From Candidatus Eiseniibacteriota bacterium (GTDB taxonomy: Bacteria; Eisenbacteria; RBG-16-71-46), in assembly GCA_963725865.1 (NCBI GenBank), contig CAVSAC010000012.1:544001-608000 (forward strand): a stretch of 64,000 nucleotides of DNA, read 5' to 3'. How positions within the stretch are numbered: the stretch's first letter is position 1; each line of letters opens with the position of its first letter. This document shows positions 1 to 9,361 of the stretch, piece after piece. The notes under the pieces were generated by a model, which saw nothing but the letters and a program-made list of their open reading frames with translations, was not told where the DNA came from and did no database searches. A program made the position numbers and the translations under genes.

Positions 1-56
1 GCGGCTTCCTTGCATCTGGCCCAACGGCGGAGCGGCCTGGGCACGGCGAGCTGTGG

Positions 57-177
57 GCCGCATCGGGGCTGCGCCCCTCGCTGCGTTGGCGCTCGAGGAG
101 GATCGCCGCATCGGGGCTGCGCCCCTCGCTGCGTTGGCGCTCGAGGAGGATTGCCGCATCGGGGCTGCGCCCCTCGC
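57..177. repeat. 2.5 tandem copies of a 48-bp unit with a GGGGC-TGC-GCCCC palindromic core (REP-like)
   Basis: Unit gccgcatcggggctgcgcccctcgctgcgttggcgctcgaggaggat(c/t) starts at 57, 105 and 153 (third copy partial); lies just 3' of the 190..591 minus-strand gene. Confidence 0.9.
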
Positions 178-189
178 GGCGCGGGGACC

Positions 190-591
190 TTACTCGGCTG
201 CGGGGGGGGCGCCCAGGCCTTTGGCGCGGGCCTCGTAGACGATGTTGCCGTCGCTGTCGAACTGGAGGAAGTGGCGCTGGATCATCGGGCCCTTGGGGAC
301 CATGCCGCCGCGCCAGTGGCGCTGGCCCAGTTCGCTCTCGTACTCCCACTGGAGTTCGAAGCTGGCGTCGTTGGCGACCTTGAATGGGAAGACGACCTGC
401 TCGTTGTCGGCGAGGCGCTCCTTGACGAACGTCTGGCCGTCAACCGTGAGGCGCAGGCGGGTGAGCACCTTGCCGCTGTGATTGGCGATCACGGCTTCGT
501 TGCTCGGGGTGCGCTGCATGAGCTCGGGCCAGTGCTTCCAGCCGTACCAGGCAGCGGCGGCCACCAGGATGATGAGGATGAAGCGCATCAT
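190..591 (-). CDS. Hypothetical membrane-anchored protein
   Basis: 133 aa; N-terminal hydrophobic anchor (RFILIILVAAAAWYGW) then a beta-rich soluble domain; GGAGG upstream; coding-like composition. Confidence 0.75.
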   Translation of the reverse strand: MMRFILIILVAAAAWYGWKHWPELMQRTPSNEAVIANHSGKVLTRLRLTVDGQTFVKERLADNEQVVFPFKVANDASFELQWEYESELGQRHWRGGMVPKGPMIQRHFLQFDSDGNIVYEARAKGLGAPPAAE

Positions 592-720
592 GGTCGGGTC
601 CCTCCAGCGGGTGGGGGCCGGCTTCCTGCCGGATGCGGGAACGATAGGCGGGTGCCCCGCGTGGGTGCAAGGCCCGTGTGGGGCCGGTCCCCGGAGGTGT
701 CCCGGGCGCCGGGAACTCGG

Positions 721-1332
721 TCAGCTCGCGGGGCGCTTGGTGCGAGAGACGCGCTTGCCCTCGTTCGCGCCTTCCGGGTTGCGCAGGATGGGCTCGTACG
801 CGGCCGGCGTCATCGCCGTGACCACGCGCGCGGGCGCGTCGCCGACGTTCTCGATCGCGTGCGGCACGCGTCCGTCGTAGTGGATCGAGTCGCCGGCCTC
901 GAGCACGAAGGAGTGCTCGCCGCACGTCATCCCGATGCGCCCCTCCAGCACCAGCATGCACTCCTCGCCGTGGTGGTAGTGGCGCTGGTCCCCGATGGGC
1001 ATCCCGGGCGCGAACTCGATCCAGAGCAGCTCGAGGTTGCGCTTGGGGGCCGCCGAGAGCACCTCGACGCGGGTGACGTTGCCCGTGGAATCCATGCTCT
1101 GGCGCTCGTCGGCGCGCACGACGTACGGCACCGGATCCTCGTCCACGACGAGGTAGGCGACCGAGACGTCGAGCGCCTTCGCCACGTCGGCGAGTGTCGC
1201 GAGGGACGGGGAGGTGCGGTCGTTCTCGACCTGGCTGATGAAGCCCTTCGACAAGCCGCTGGCGGTGGCGAGCTGTTGCACGGTGAGTCCGCGGCGCAAG
1301 CGAAGATCGCGGATCTTCTTGCCGACTTGCAT
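721..1332 (-). CDS. XRE-family HTH regulator with cupin domain (PuuR/SutR-like)
   Basis: ATG at 1332 (MQVGKKIRDLRLRRGLTVQQLA...SQVENDRTSPSLATL); cupin motif HYHHGEEC...GDSIHY...PH. Confidence 0.92.
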   Translation of the reverse strand: MQVGKKIRDLRLRRGLTVQQLATASGLSKGFISQVENDRTSPSLATLADVAKALDVSVAYLVVDEDPVPYVVRADERQSMDSTGNVTRVEVLSAAPKRNLELLWIEFAPGMPIGDQRHYHHGEECMLVLEGRIGMTCGEHSFVLEAGDSIHYDGRVPHAIENVGDAPARVVTAMTPAAYEPILRNPEGANEGKRVSRTKRPAS

Positions 1333-1466
1333 GGGTACTCCGACGATGCCCGGGGGGCGGGCGGGGGTCCGGAGCGAACGCCGCGCGACCCAGGGTCGGT
1401 CCCACGGCGACGAAGTGATCGTCGTCCCGGACTGGGGCCCGGCGGGAGCGACGTCACACGACTGCA

Positions 1467-1495
1467 AGGCTAGGCGAGGTTCAGACCCGAGTCAA
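1467..1495 (-). promoter_or_regulatory. Putative sigma-70 promoter for the XRE-cupin gene
   Basis: TTGACT-17 bp-TAGCCT on the minus strand, overlapping the 3' end of the ABC gene. Confidence 0.5.
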
Positions 1496-3356
1496 TGACT
1501 GGCGGCAGTGCTTCGACATCCCAGTCCCCGGCGGGGACACTCGCGCGGCGCGTCCGGGCGCCGAGCACCTGGAGCGCGTACAGGCGCGAGTAGATGCCAC
1601 CGAGCGCCAGCAGCTCCGCGTGGGTGCCCTGCTCGCGCACGCGGCCGTGATGCAGGACCACGATCCGATCGACATCCTGGATGGTGGACAGCCGATGGGC
1701 GATGACCAGGCTGGTGCGGTTCCGCATCAGTCGCCGGAGGGCGTCCTGGATGAGCGACTCGGTGTGCGTGTCCACCGAGGAGGTCGCCTCGTCGAGCACC
1801 AGCACCTGGGGGTCGCGGGCCAGCGTGCGCGCGAACGCGAGCAGCTGGCGCTGGCCGCCGGACAGGGTGGCCCCCCGCTCGCGCACCTCGGCCGCGTAGC
1901 CGCCCGGCAGGGCCTGGATGAAGTCGTGCGCGTGGGTCTCGCGCGCCGCGGCCAGCAGCGCCTCGTGGGTGAGACCGAGGTCGTCCAGCCGCAGGTTGCT
2001 CTCGATGGTGCCCGAGAAGAGGAACACGTCCTGCAGCACCAGGCCGAGCGCGGCCCGCAGCTCGCGAGCGTCCCATTCCGCCAGCGGGCGGCCGTCGACC
2101 CGGATCACGCCGCGCTGCGGCAGGTAGAACCTCAGGAGCAGGTTCGCGAGCGTCGTCTTGCCGGAACCCGTCGCGCCGACGATCGCCACTTTCTCGCCCG
2201 GTTCGACGGCGAATGAGACGTCCTCGAGCACGAACCGCTCGCCGTCGTAGGCGAACCACACGTGATCGAACTCGATGCGCCCGCGCACCTCGGCGCGCTT
2301 CACCGGCTCGATGGCCGTGGCGGTCGACGGCGGCGAGCCCTGCGCGGGCGCCAGGGCGGGGTCGATCGGCGTATCGAGCAGGTGGAAGATCCGTTCGGCG
2401 GAGGCCATCGCCTGCTGCAGGATGTTGTACTTCTCGCTCAGGTCCGAGATGGGTCGGAAGAACCGCTGGGTGTACTGGATGAACGCGACCAGGATGCCCA
2501 GCGTGATGCCCTGCCACATCACCTGACGGCCGCCGTACCAGACGATCAGCGAGATCGCGAGCGCACCCATGAGGTCGAGCAGTGGGAAGAACATCGCGTG
2601 GTAGAACACGGCCTTCAGGTTGGCGTCGCGGTGCGCGGCGTTGAGGCCGCGGAACTCCTCGTAATTGCGGGCCTCGCGGTTCATGAGCTGCACGGTGCCC
2701 ATCCCCGTGAGGTTCTCGTTCAGGAACACGTTCAGCCGCGAGAGCCGCGCGCGGATGTCGCGGAACGACTGCCGCACCAGCGTGCGGAACGCGAGGCTGC
2801 CGATCGCGATCAGGGGCAGCACCGAGAACGTCACGCCCAGCAGCTCGGCGTTCAGGCGCACCATCGCCACCACGATGCCCGCGAGCAGGAAGATGTCGCC
2901 GAAGATCGCGACGATGCCGCCGGTCACCAGTTCGTTGAGCGTGTCCACGTCGTTGGTGACGCGCGTCATCATGCGGCCGATCGGGTTCTGGTCGAAGTGC
3001 GACAGCGGCAGCCGCTGGAGGTGGCGGAACAGGTCGCGGCGCAGGTCGAGCATCAGGTGCTGCCCGACGCGCTGCATGATCTGCTGGTGCAGGTAGCCGA
3101 GGCCGAACGCGATCAGCAGCACCGCCAGATAGAGAACCGCCACGCGATCGAGGTGCCCGAGGTCGCGGTGGCGGATGCCGTGGTCGATCGCCTCCTTGGT
3201 GAGCCAGGGGCCCGCGAGCTGCACCAGCGAGTCCCCGATCACCACCAGCGTGGCCCACGCCACCTGCCCGCGGTACGGGCGCAGGTAGCCGAGCAAACGC
3301 CGCATGAGGCGGTGATCGTACGCGCGGCCGGAAGCCTCTTCCTCGTGCTGGCTCAC
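1470..3356 (-). CDS. ABC exporter, fused TMD-NBD half-transporter (MdlB/YheH-like)
   Basis: GTG at 3356 overlaps upstream stop (GTGA); Walker A GATGSGKT, LSGGQ, VLDEATSSVD, IAHR. Confidence 0.93.
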   Translation of the reverse strand: MSQHEEEASGRAYDHRLMRRLLGYLRPYRGQVAWATLVVIGDSLVQLAGPWLTKEAIDHGIRHRDLGHLDRVAVLYLAVLLIAFGLGYLHQQIMQRVGQHLMLDLRRDLFRHLQRLPLSHFDQNPIGRMMTRVTNDVDTLNELVTGGIVAIFGDIFLLAGIVVAMVRLNAELLGVTFSVLPLIAIGSLAFRTLVRQSFRDIRARLSRLNVFLNENLTGMGTVQLMNREARNYEEFRGLNAAHRDANLKAVFYHAMFFPLLDLMGALAISLIVWYGGRQVMWQGITLGILVAFIQYTQRFFRPISDLSEKYNILQQAMASAERIFHLLDTPIDPALAPAQGSPPSTATAIEPVKRAEVRGRIEFDHVWFAYDGERFVLEDVSFAVEPGEKVAIVGATGSGKTTLANLLLRFYLPQRGVIRVDGRPLAEWDARELRAALGLVLQDVFLFSGTIESNLRLDDLGLTHEALLAAARETHAHDFIQALPGGYAAEVRERGATLSGGQRQLLAFARTLARDPQVLVLDEATSSVDTHTESLIQDALRRLMRNRTSLVIAHRLSTIQDVDRIVVLHHGRVREQGTHAELLALGGIYSRLYALQVLGARTRRASVPAGDWDVEALPPVIDSGLNLA

Positions 3357-5098
3357 GACGCCTCGAGCTCCTCTTCGAGCTGCTGCTCGCGCACCAGGTC
3401 GGCGTAGCGGCCGCCGGCGGCGAGCAGCTCCGCGTGCGTGCCACGCTCGACCAGCGCGCCGCCCTCGAGCACCACGATCAGGTCGGCGTCGCGCACCGTG
3501 CTCACGCGGTGGGCCACGATCAGCGACGTGCGGCGGCGCAGCTCGCCGCGCAGCTCGCCGAGGATCGCCTCCTCGGTCTGGGTGTCGACGCTCGAGAGGC
3601 AGTCGTCGAGCAGCAGGATGGGCGCGTCCCGCAGCACCGCGCGCGCGATCGCCGTGCGCTGGCGCTGGCCGCCCGAGAGCGTGATCCCGCGTTCGCCGAC
3701 CATGGTGTCCCAGCCGCGCGGCAGCAGCGCCACGTCGTCCTGCAGGTGCGCCACGTGGCCGGCGCGCTCGATCGCCGCGCGTTTCGCGTGATCGACGCCG
3801 TACGCGATGTTCTCCGCCAGCGTCGCGGAGAACAGGAACGTGTCCTGCTGGGCGATCGCCAGCCGGGCCCGCAGCGCCCCGAGGTCCCACTCGCGCACGT
3901 CGAGCCCGTCCACGAGCACGGTGCCGGGCGGCGGGTCGAACGCGCGCGCCACCAGCGCGAGCAGCGTGGACTTGCCGGAGCCCGTGTGACCGACCAGGGC
4001 GACCGTGGTGCCGGGCGGCACCACGAGCGAGACGTCGTGCAGCGCGGGCGCCGGCGCTCCCGGGTAGCGGAACGTGAGCCCGCGGAACTCGATCGCCCCA
4101 CGCGCCGGGCTCGGCACCCGCGCGTGGGGCGGGCTCGCGATCGCGGGCTCGACCGCGAGGATCTCGACCAGTCGGCGCATGGACGCGCTGCCGCGCTGGA
4201 ACAGGCTCACCACCCAGCCCAGCGCCACCATCGGCCAGTTCAGCATGCCGAGGTACACGGTGAACGCCACGAACTCGCCGAGCGTGATGTGGCCCTTCAC
4301 GACCTCGCGGCCGCCGACGTAGAGGGCCAGCAGCGCCGCGAGCCCGGACAGGAACCCGAGCACGGGGTACAGGAAGCCCGAGGTCCTGATCAACGCGAGG
4401 TTCTTGTCGAGGTACGCGCGGTTGAGCCGCTGGAAGTCCGCCAGCTCGCTGTCCTCGCGCGCGAACGCCCGCACCACCCGCACGCCCGCGAGGTTCTCCT
4501 GCACGCGGGCCGAGATGAGCGCGAAGTGCTCCTGGATGTGCGCGAAGCGGCGCTCGATGCGCTCGCCGAAGAACCACACCGAGAGCGACACGAACGGCAG
4601 CGGCAGCAGCGAGTACAACGACAGCCGCGGGCTGATCGCGAGCATGAACCCGAGCGCCACCAGCGCCACCGTGACGGTGTTCACCAGGTACATGATGCCG
4701 GGGCCGAGCATCAGGCGGACGGCCGCCAGGTCGTTGGTCGCCCGCGACATGATCTCCCCGGTGCGCTCGGTCTGGAACCACTGGAGCGGCTGGCGCTGGA
4801 GGTGCGCGAACAGGTCGTTGCGCAGGTCGAACTCGATCGCGCGCGAGATGCCGATGACGGCCTGGCGCATCCAGTACTTGAACACCCCGGAGATCAGCGC
4901 GACCAGGAACAGCAGGATGGCGTAGCGCCCGAGCTTGGAGGCGGTGACGCCGGTGTAGAGGTCGTCGACCGCGAAGCGGAGCACCTGCGGCTGCGCGAGC
5001 GCGATGACGTTCGCCACCACCACGCACACGATGCCCCAGGCGAGCCCGCGGGTGTGGCGGGCGAGGTAGGGACGCAGGCGCGCGAACAGTTCGCGGAT
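3353..5098 (-). CDS. ABC exporter, fused TMD-NBD half-transporter (MdlA/YheI-like); start uncertain (ATC 5098 or GTG 5029)
   Basis: Walker A GHTGSGKS, LSGGQ, degenerate Walker B LLLDD; N-terminal elbow helix ELFARLRPYL lies upstream of the first canonical start. Confidence 0.9.
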   Translation of the reverse strand: MRELFARLRPYLARHTRGLAWGIVCVVVANVIALAQPQVLRFAVDDLYTGVTASKLGRYAILLFLVALISGVFKYWMRQAVIGISRAIEFDLRNDLFAHLQRQPLQWFQTERTGEIMSRATNDLAAVRLMLGPGIMYLVNTVTVALVALGFMLAISPRLSLYSLLPLPFVSLSVWFFGERIERRFAHIQEHFALISARVQENLAGVRVVRAFAREDSELADFQRLNRAYLDKNLALIRTSGFLYPVLGFLSGLAALLALYVGGREVVKGHITLGEFVAFTVYLGMLNWPMVALGWVVSLFQRGSASMRRLVEILAVEPAIASPPHARVPSPARGAIEFRGLTFRYPGAPAPALHDVSLVVPPGTTVALVGHTGSGKSTLLALVARAFDPPPGTVLVDGLDVREWDLGALRARLAIAQQDTFLFSATLAENIAYGVDHAKRAAIERAGHVAHLQDDVALLPRGWDTMVGERGITLSGGQRQRTAIARAVLRDAPILLLDDCLSSVDTQTEEAILGELRGELRRRTSLIVAHRVSTVRDADLIVVLEGGALVERGTHAELLAAGGRYADLVREQQLEEELEAS

Positions 5099-5169
5099 GA
5101 CTCGACCCTCCGAAACGACCGCGGGCGCGCGCCCGCTCCGGCACGCGCGCCCGTCGGTGAGCGCCGCCC

Positions 5170-6138
5170 TCAGGGCTTGCGGGGACCGCCCAGCCAGCCC
5201 TGCAGCCGGTCGAGCTTGGTGACCTTGAAGGCCATCCCGGCGTAGAGCTCGTCGGTGTGGAGTGCGTTCTTGGCGGCCGCGGTGTGGAACGAGCCCGCGA
5301 ACATGTCGAGCCGGTCGTCCACGCGCAGCAGCAGGATCGGACCCACCAGGTGGCGCGTGACCTTGTCGCCCGGCGTGTCACCGTCGCCGGCCGCGATCTC
5401 GCCGGAATAGCGGCCGCCGACCAGCAGGCGCGAGCCCAGCCACCAGCCGAGGTCGGCGCGCGCGAGCATCTGGTCCGCGGGCGCCTCGAAGCGGTAGCGA
5501 TAGCCCGCCGCCACGTCGAGGAAGCCCGAATGCGCGATGGGAGCGCCCCAGTTGAGGCTGGCCATCAGGTCCTGCTGGCCGTCGCCGAGCGTCGCCGGGT
5601 ACTGCGCCACCGCCGGCCGCGTCGAGTCGCCGAGCGCGCCGGTCACGGTCAGGGGCCGGCCCTGCAGGGTGCGCCGCGAGAGGTCGCGCGTGTAGCCGAG
5701 CGGGGCCTTCCACGCCAGGTCCAACGAGAGCGCGCTGGTCGTCTGATGGAGCTTCAGCCGGACGCCGACCGTCAGGTCGCCCAGCCCGGTCTCCGACTGG
5801 TTGAAGCCGCGCGGATCGCCGACCCGCCGCGTCACGGACGAGTACGGCAGACTGAGGAAGAACGAGCGCCCCTTCTTCCAGCCCAGCTCGGTGGTCGAGG
5901 TGAGCGAGCGCATCTCGTAGAGCCCGCCGCCGTCGAGCGGGGGCTGGAGCTTGTCCTCGCCCACCACCCACCGATCGGACGAGAACGCACTGGCGGTGAA
6001 GGAGGTCTGGTATTCGCCCGGCGCGGGCAGCCACGCGCCCGCGTGGGCGGCCGGGATGGACACGAGGGCCGCGAGTGCGGCCACACAGGCCGCGCGGGCG
6101 GCCGGAACGAGCGACGGCACCTTCGTGCGCGCGAACAT
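5170..6138 (-). CDS. Exported protein, probable outer-membrane beta-barrel
   Basis: Signal peptide ending AHA-GAW; amphipathic strands such as GLGDLTVGVRLKL, LGDGQQDL, ELYAGMAF. Confidence 0.65.
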   Translation of the reverse strand: MFARTKVPSLVPAARAACVAALAALVSIPAAHAGAWLPAPGEYQTSFTASAFSSDRWVVGEDKLQPPLDGGGLYEMRSLTSTTELGWKKGRSFFLSLPYSSVTRRVGDPRGFNQSETGLGDLTVGVRLKLHQTTSALSLDLAWKAPLGYTRDLSRRTLQGRPLTVTGALGDSTRPAVAQYPATLGDGQQDLMASLNWGAPIAHSGFLDVAAGYRYRFEAPADQMLARADLGWWLGSRLLVGGRYSGEIAAGDGDTPGDKVTRHLVGPILLLRVDDRLDMFAGSFHTAAAKNALHTDELYAGMAFKVTKLDRLQGWLGGPRKP

Positions 6139-6288
6139 CAAGGCAGGAGCCTCCTTCGGAGCGTCCGGTCAAGCGGGTCCAAGTCGCGGGAGACTATCCG
6201 TCCGGGGCAAGCCGGTGCAAGCGGACGCTCGGGGGCGAACGCCTGCGGGCTCGCCAAGCCCCTCGCGGCTGTGGCACATTGCGCCGGC

Positions 6289-7281
6289 ATGGAACGCCCC
6301 CGCGTGCTGGAGTACGTCCGCGACAAGAAGGCGGTGTGGACGCTGCCGACGGCGCTGATCGACGGCCTGCGCGGCGACTTCCCCGAGGTCGAATTCCTCT
6401 CGCCGCGCGACCGCGCCGAGGCCGAGGCGGCGCTGCCGACGGTCGACGTGATCTACGGCTGGGTGCTGCGCGAGTCCAACTTCGCACTCGCGAAGCGCCT
6501 GCGCTGGGTGCACGTCAGCGCGGCGGGCGTGGGGCCGATGCTGTTCCCCGCGCTGGTCGAGAGCAACGTCGTGCTCACGAACGGGCGCGGCCTGCACGCG
6601 ATCTCGATGGCCGAGCACGCGCTCGCCGCGATCTTCGGCTTCGCGCGCAAGCTACACCTGGCGCGCGACCTCCAGCGCGCGCGGCGCTGGTCGCAGGAGG
6701 GGCTGTGGCTCGAACCGCCGCCGCTCGCGCAGGTGCACGGCTCCACGCTGGGCATCGTGGGCCTCGGCGAGATCGGCCGCGCGCTCGCGCTGCGCGCGCG
6801 CGCGCTCGGCATGCGGGTGCTGGCGGTGCGCCGCCACCCGACCGACGATCCCGCGCCCGCGGACGTGCAGTGGGGCCTCGACGGCCTCGAGGAGTTGCTG
6901 GCGGGCAGCGACTGGGTGGTGCTGTGCCCGCCGCTCACGCCCGCGACGCAGGGGCTGCTGTCGCGCGCGCGGATCGCCCTGCTCAAGCCGGGCGCGGTGC
7001 TCGTGAACCTGGGGCGCGGCCAGCTGGTGGACGAGACCGCGCTCATCGAGGCGCTGCGCGAGAAGCGCATCGCGGGGGCGGCGCTCGACGTGTTCGAGGA
7101 GGAGCCGCTACCGGCGCTCTCGCCGATCTGGGAACTCGACAACGTGATCCTGACGCCGCACGTCTCGGGCCTGGGCCCGTTCTATTGGGAGCGCGCGGTG
7201 GAGCAATTCGCCGCCAACCTGCGGCGCTGGCTGGAGGGGCGCGCGCTCGTGAACGTGGTCGACAAACGGGCAGGCTACTAG
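6289..7281 (+). CDS. D-isomer-specific 2-hydroxyacid dehydrogenase, NAD-binding
   Basis: ATG 6289; GIVGLGEIG Rossmann motif, VNLGRG, LDVFEEEPL, LTPHVSG. Confidence 0.93.
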   Translation: MERPRVLEYVRDKKAVWTLPTALIDGLRGDFPEVEFLSPRDRAEAEAALPTVDVIYGWVLRESNFALAKRLRWVHVSAAGVGPMLFPALVESNVVLTNGRGLHAISMAEHALAAIFGFARKLHLARDLQRARRWSQEGLWLEPPPLAQVHGSTLGIVGLGEIGRALALRARALGMRVLAVRRHPTDDPAPADVQWGLDGLEELLAGSDWVVLCPPLTPATQGLLSRARIALLKPGAVLVNLGRGQLVDETALIEALREKRIAGAALDVFEEEPLPALSPIWELDNVILTPHVSGLGPFYWERAVEQFAANLRRWLEGRALVNVVDKRAGY

Positions 7282-7902
7282 ATGGGTCGCACGCTGGGAG
7301 TGGTGGTGGCCGGCGGTCGCGGCTCGCGGCTCGGGCTCGGCGTCCCCAAGGCGCTCGCTCCGCTGGCCGGCGGCACGCTGCTCGATCGCGCGGTCGCTTG
7401 CCTCGCGCCGCTGTGCGAGGACGTGGTGGTCGCCGCTCCGGCCGACGTGCCGCTGGGACCGCACGAGGCCCGCCGCGCGACCGATCCACCGGGCGCGGCC
7501 GGACCGCTCGCCGGAATGGTGGCCGGGCTGGGGGCGCGCGCTCATGAGGTGGCGTGGGTGCTCGGCGTGGACTTTCCGCTGGTGCGGCGCGCCACCCTGG
7601 TGGCGCTGCTCGCGCGACTCGCGGAGCGCGATGCCGCGGTCGCGATGCCCACGCCCGGCGGCGTGCCGCAGCCGCTGGTGTGCGCGCTCGGCGCGCGGGC
7701 GGCGCCGGCGCTCGCGGACGCGCTCGCGCTCGGCGAGCGCTCGGCGAGCCGTGCGCTGATGGCGCTCGATCCGGTGCTGCTCGACGCCGCGGCGCTGGAG
7801 TCGCTGGGAGTGGCGCCCGAGGAGTTCCTCAACGTGAACACACCGGCCGACCTCGCGGCGGCCGAGCGCGCTCTGGCGCTCCGCGCGGCCCGGGTCCGAT
7901 GA
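7282..7902 (+). CDS. mobA: Molybdenum cofactor guanylyltransferase
   Basis: VVAGGRGSRLG..K, GPLAGM, VDFP, FLNVNTPADL. Confidence 0.85.
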   Translation: MGRTLGVVVAGGRGSRLGLGVPKALAPLAGGTLLDRAVACLAPLCEDVVVAAPADVPLGPHEARRATDPPGAAGPLAGMVAGLGARAHEVAWVLGVDFPLVRRATLVALLARLAERDAAVAMPTPGGVPQPLVCALGARAAPALADALALGERSASRALMALDPVLLDAAALESLGVAPEEFLNVNTPADLAAAERALALRAARVR

Positions 7903-7948
7903 CGGGCGCGCGATCCGGCACGCGCCGCGGCGCCGCTCGGCGCGCACG

Positions 7949-9223
7949 ATGAGCGGGATCCGGCTCCCCGACGGGGCGCTCGCGTGCGGCGGCCTGGCGC
8001 TCGATCGTGTGATGGCCGCGCTCAGGCGCGCGGATCCCACGGCGCGCGCGTGCTGGGTCTACGACGGCGCCGCGCTGGAGGCGCGCGCGCGCCGCTTCGT
8101 GGCGGCGTTCGCGCCGCTCGCTCCGCTGTCGGCGTACGCGCTGAAGGCCAACGCGCTCGGTGCCGTGCTCGCCCGCGTTCGCACCGCGGGGCTGGGGGCG
8201 GAGGCCGGCTCGCTCGGCGAACTGGAGGCGGCGAAGCGCGCGGGCTTCGGCCCCGGCCAGCGCATCCTCAACGGCAATGGCCGCACCCCGGAGGAAGCGC
8301 AGTGGGCCGCCCGCGAGGGGGTGGCGCTGGTGAATGCGGACCACGTCGGCGAGCTCGACCTGCTCGATCGCGAAGCCGCGCGCGCCGGCACGCGCCTGCG
8401 GGTGGCCCTGCGCGTGAACCCCGGCATCGACACGCCCGGGCATCCGTACATCGCCACCGGCGGCGGTGACGCCAAGTTCGGCATCGGCGCCGACGAGGCG
8501 CTCGGGGCATGGCAGGCCCGCGCGCGCTGGCCACACCTGGCGCTCGACGCGGTGCACCTGCACGTGGGCTCGCAGCTCATGGAGCCGGCGCCGCTCGCGG
8601 CGACCGCGCGCGTGGCGCTCGAACTGGCGGCCGAGTCCGCGCGCCGCGGGGCGCCGCTGGCGCTCGTCAACCTCGGCGGCGGATTCGGGATCGACTACGA
8701 CGGCGCGGGCGAGTTCCCGCTCGAGCGCTGGGCGGTCGAGCTGGCCGCGATGCCGGCCGCGGCGTCGTTCGGCTGGGCGTTCGAGCCGGGCCGCTGGGTG
8801 GTGGCGCCGGTCGGCGTGCTGCTCGCGGAGGTGCTGTGGGTCAAGCGCCGCGATGGGCGCCGGTTCGTGGTGCTGGCGGCCGGCATGAACGATCTGCTGC
8901 GACCGGCGCTGTACGGCGCGCGCCATCGCATCGTTCCGGTGCGCCCGCGCCCCGGCACCGCGGAGCCCACCTGCGTGGTGGGACCGGTGTGCGAGAGCGC
9001 GGACGTGTTCGCGGAGGAGGCGCCGCTGCCTCCGCTCGAGCCCGGCGACCTGGTGGCGGTGCTGGACGCCGGCGCCTACGGCGCCAGCATGTCGTCGGCC
9101 TACAACGGGCGTGGACGCCTCGCCGAGCTGGTGGCGGCGGGCGGCGAGCTGCGCCTGGCGCGGGCGGCCGAGACGCCCGACGATCTCGCCGCGCGCGAGG
9201 CCGACCGGCCGCTCGCGCCCTGA
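7949..9223 (+). CDS. lysA: Diaminopimelate decarboxylase (fold-III PLP enzyme)
   Basis: YALKAN, KFGI, HLHVGSQ, NLGGGFG, EPGR, GPVCESAD, GAYG. Confidence 0.9.
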   Translation: MSGIRLPDGALACGGLALDRVMAALRRADPTARACWVYDGAALEARARRFVAAFAPLAPLSAYALKANALGAVLARVRTAGLGAEAGSLGELEAAKRAGFGPGQRILNGNGRTPEEAQWAAREGVALVNADHVGELDLLDREAARAGTRLRVALRVNPGIDTPGHPYIATGGGDAKFGIGADEALGAWQARARWPHLALDAVHLHVGSQLMEPAPLAATARVALELAAESARRGAPLALVNLGGGFGIDYDGAGEFPLERWAVELAAMPAAASFGWAFEPGRWVVAPVGVLLAEVLWVKRRDGRRFVVLAAGMNDLLRPALYGARHRIVPVRPRPGTAEPTCVVGPVCESADVFAEEAPLPPLEPGDLVAVLDAGAYGASMSSAYNGRGRLAELVAAGGELRLARAAETPDDLAAREADRPLAP

Positions 9224-9361
9224 TCACGCACGCCCCGCGGGCGCGCGCCCGGCCGGCCGCCTGCCCCGGCGGGTGACGAGCGGACACGGCCGCGACCTCC
9301 AGCACGACGCGCGGCGACCCGTGGGGATCGCCGCGCGCGGTGGACGAGCGGGAATGCGGCG

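Noticed and set aside
57..177. CRISPR array
   Set aside because: Units are contiguous near-identical repeats with no unique spacers, and no cas genes are present
1470..5381. 1303-aa ORF and similar long fused ORFs (5257..7281, 16401..20249, 24243..27107)
   Set aside because: N-terminal parts are off-frame Arg/Ala/Pro-rich shadows of upstream genes; true starts are internal at overlapping stop/start junctions
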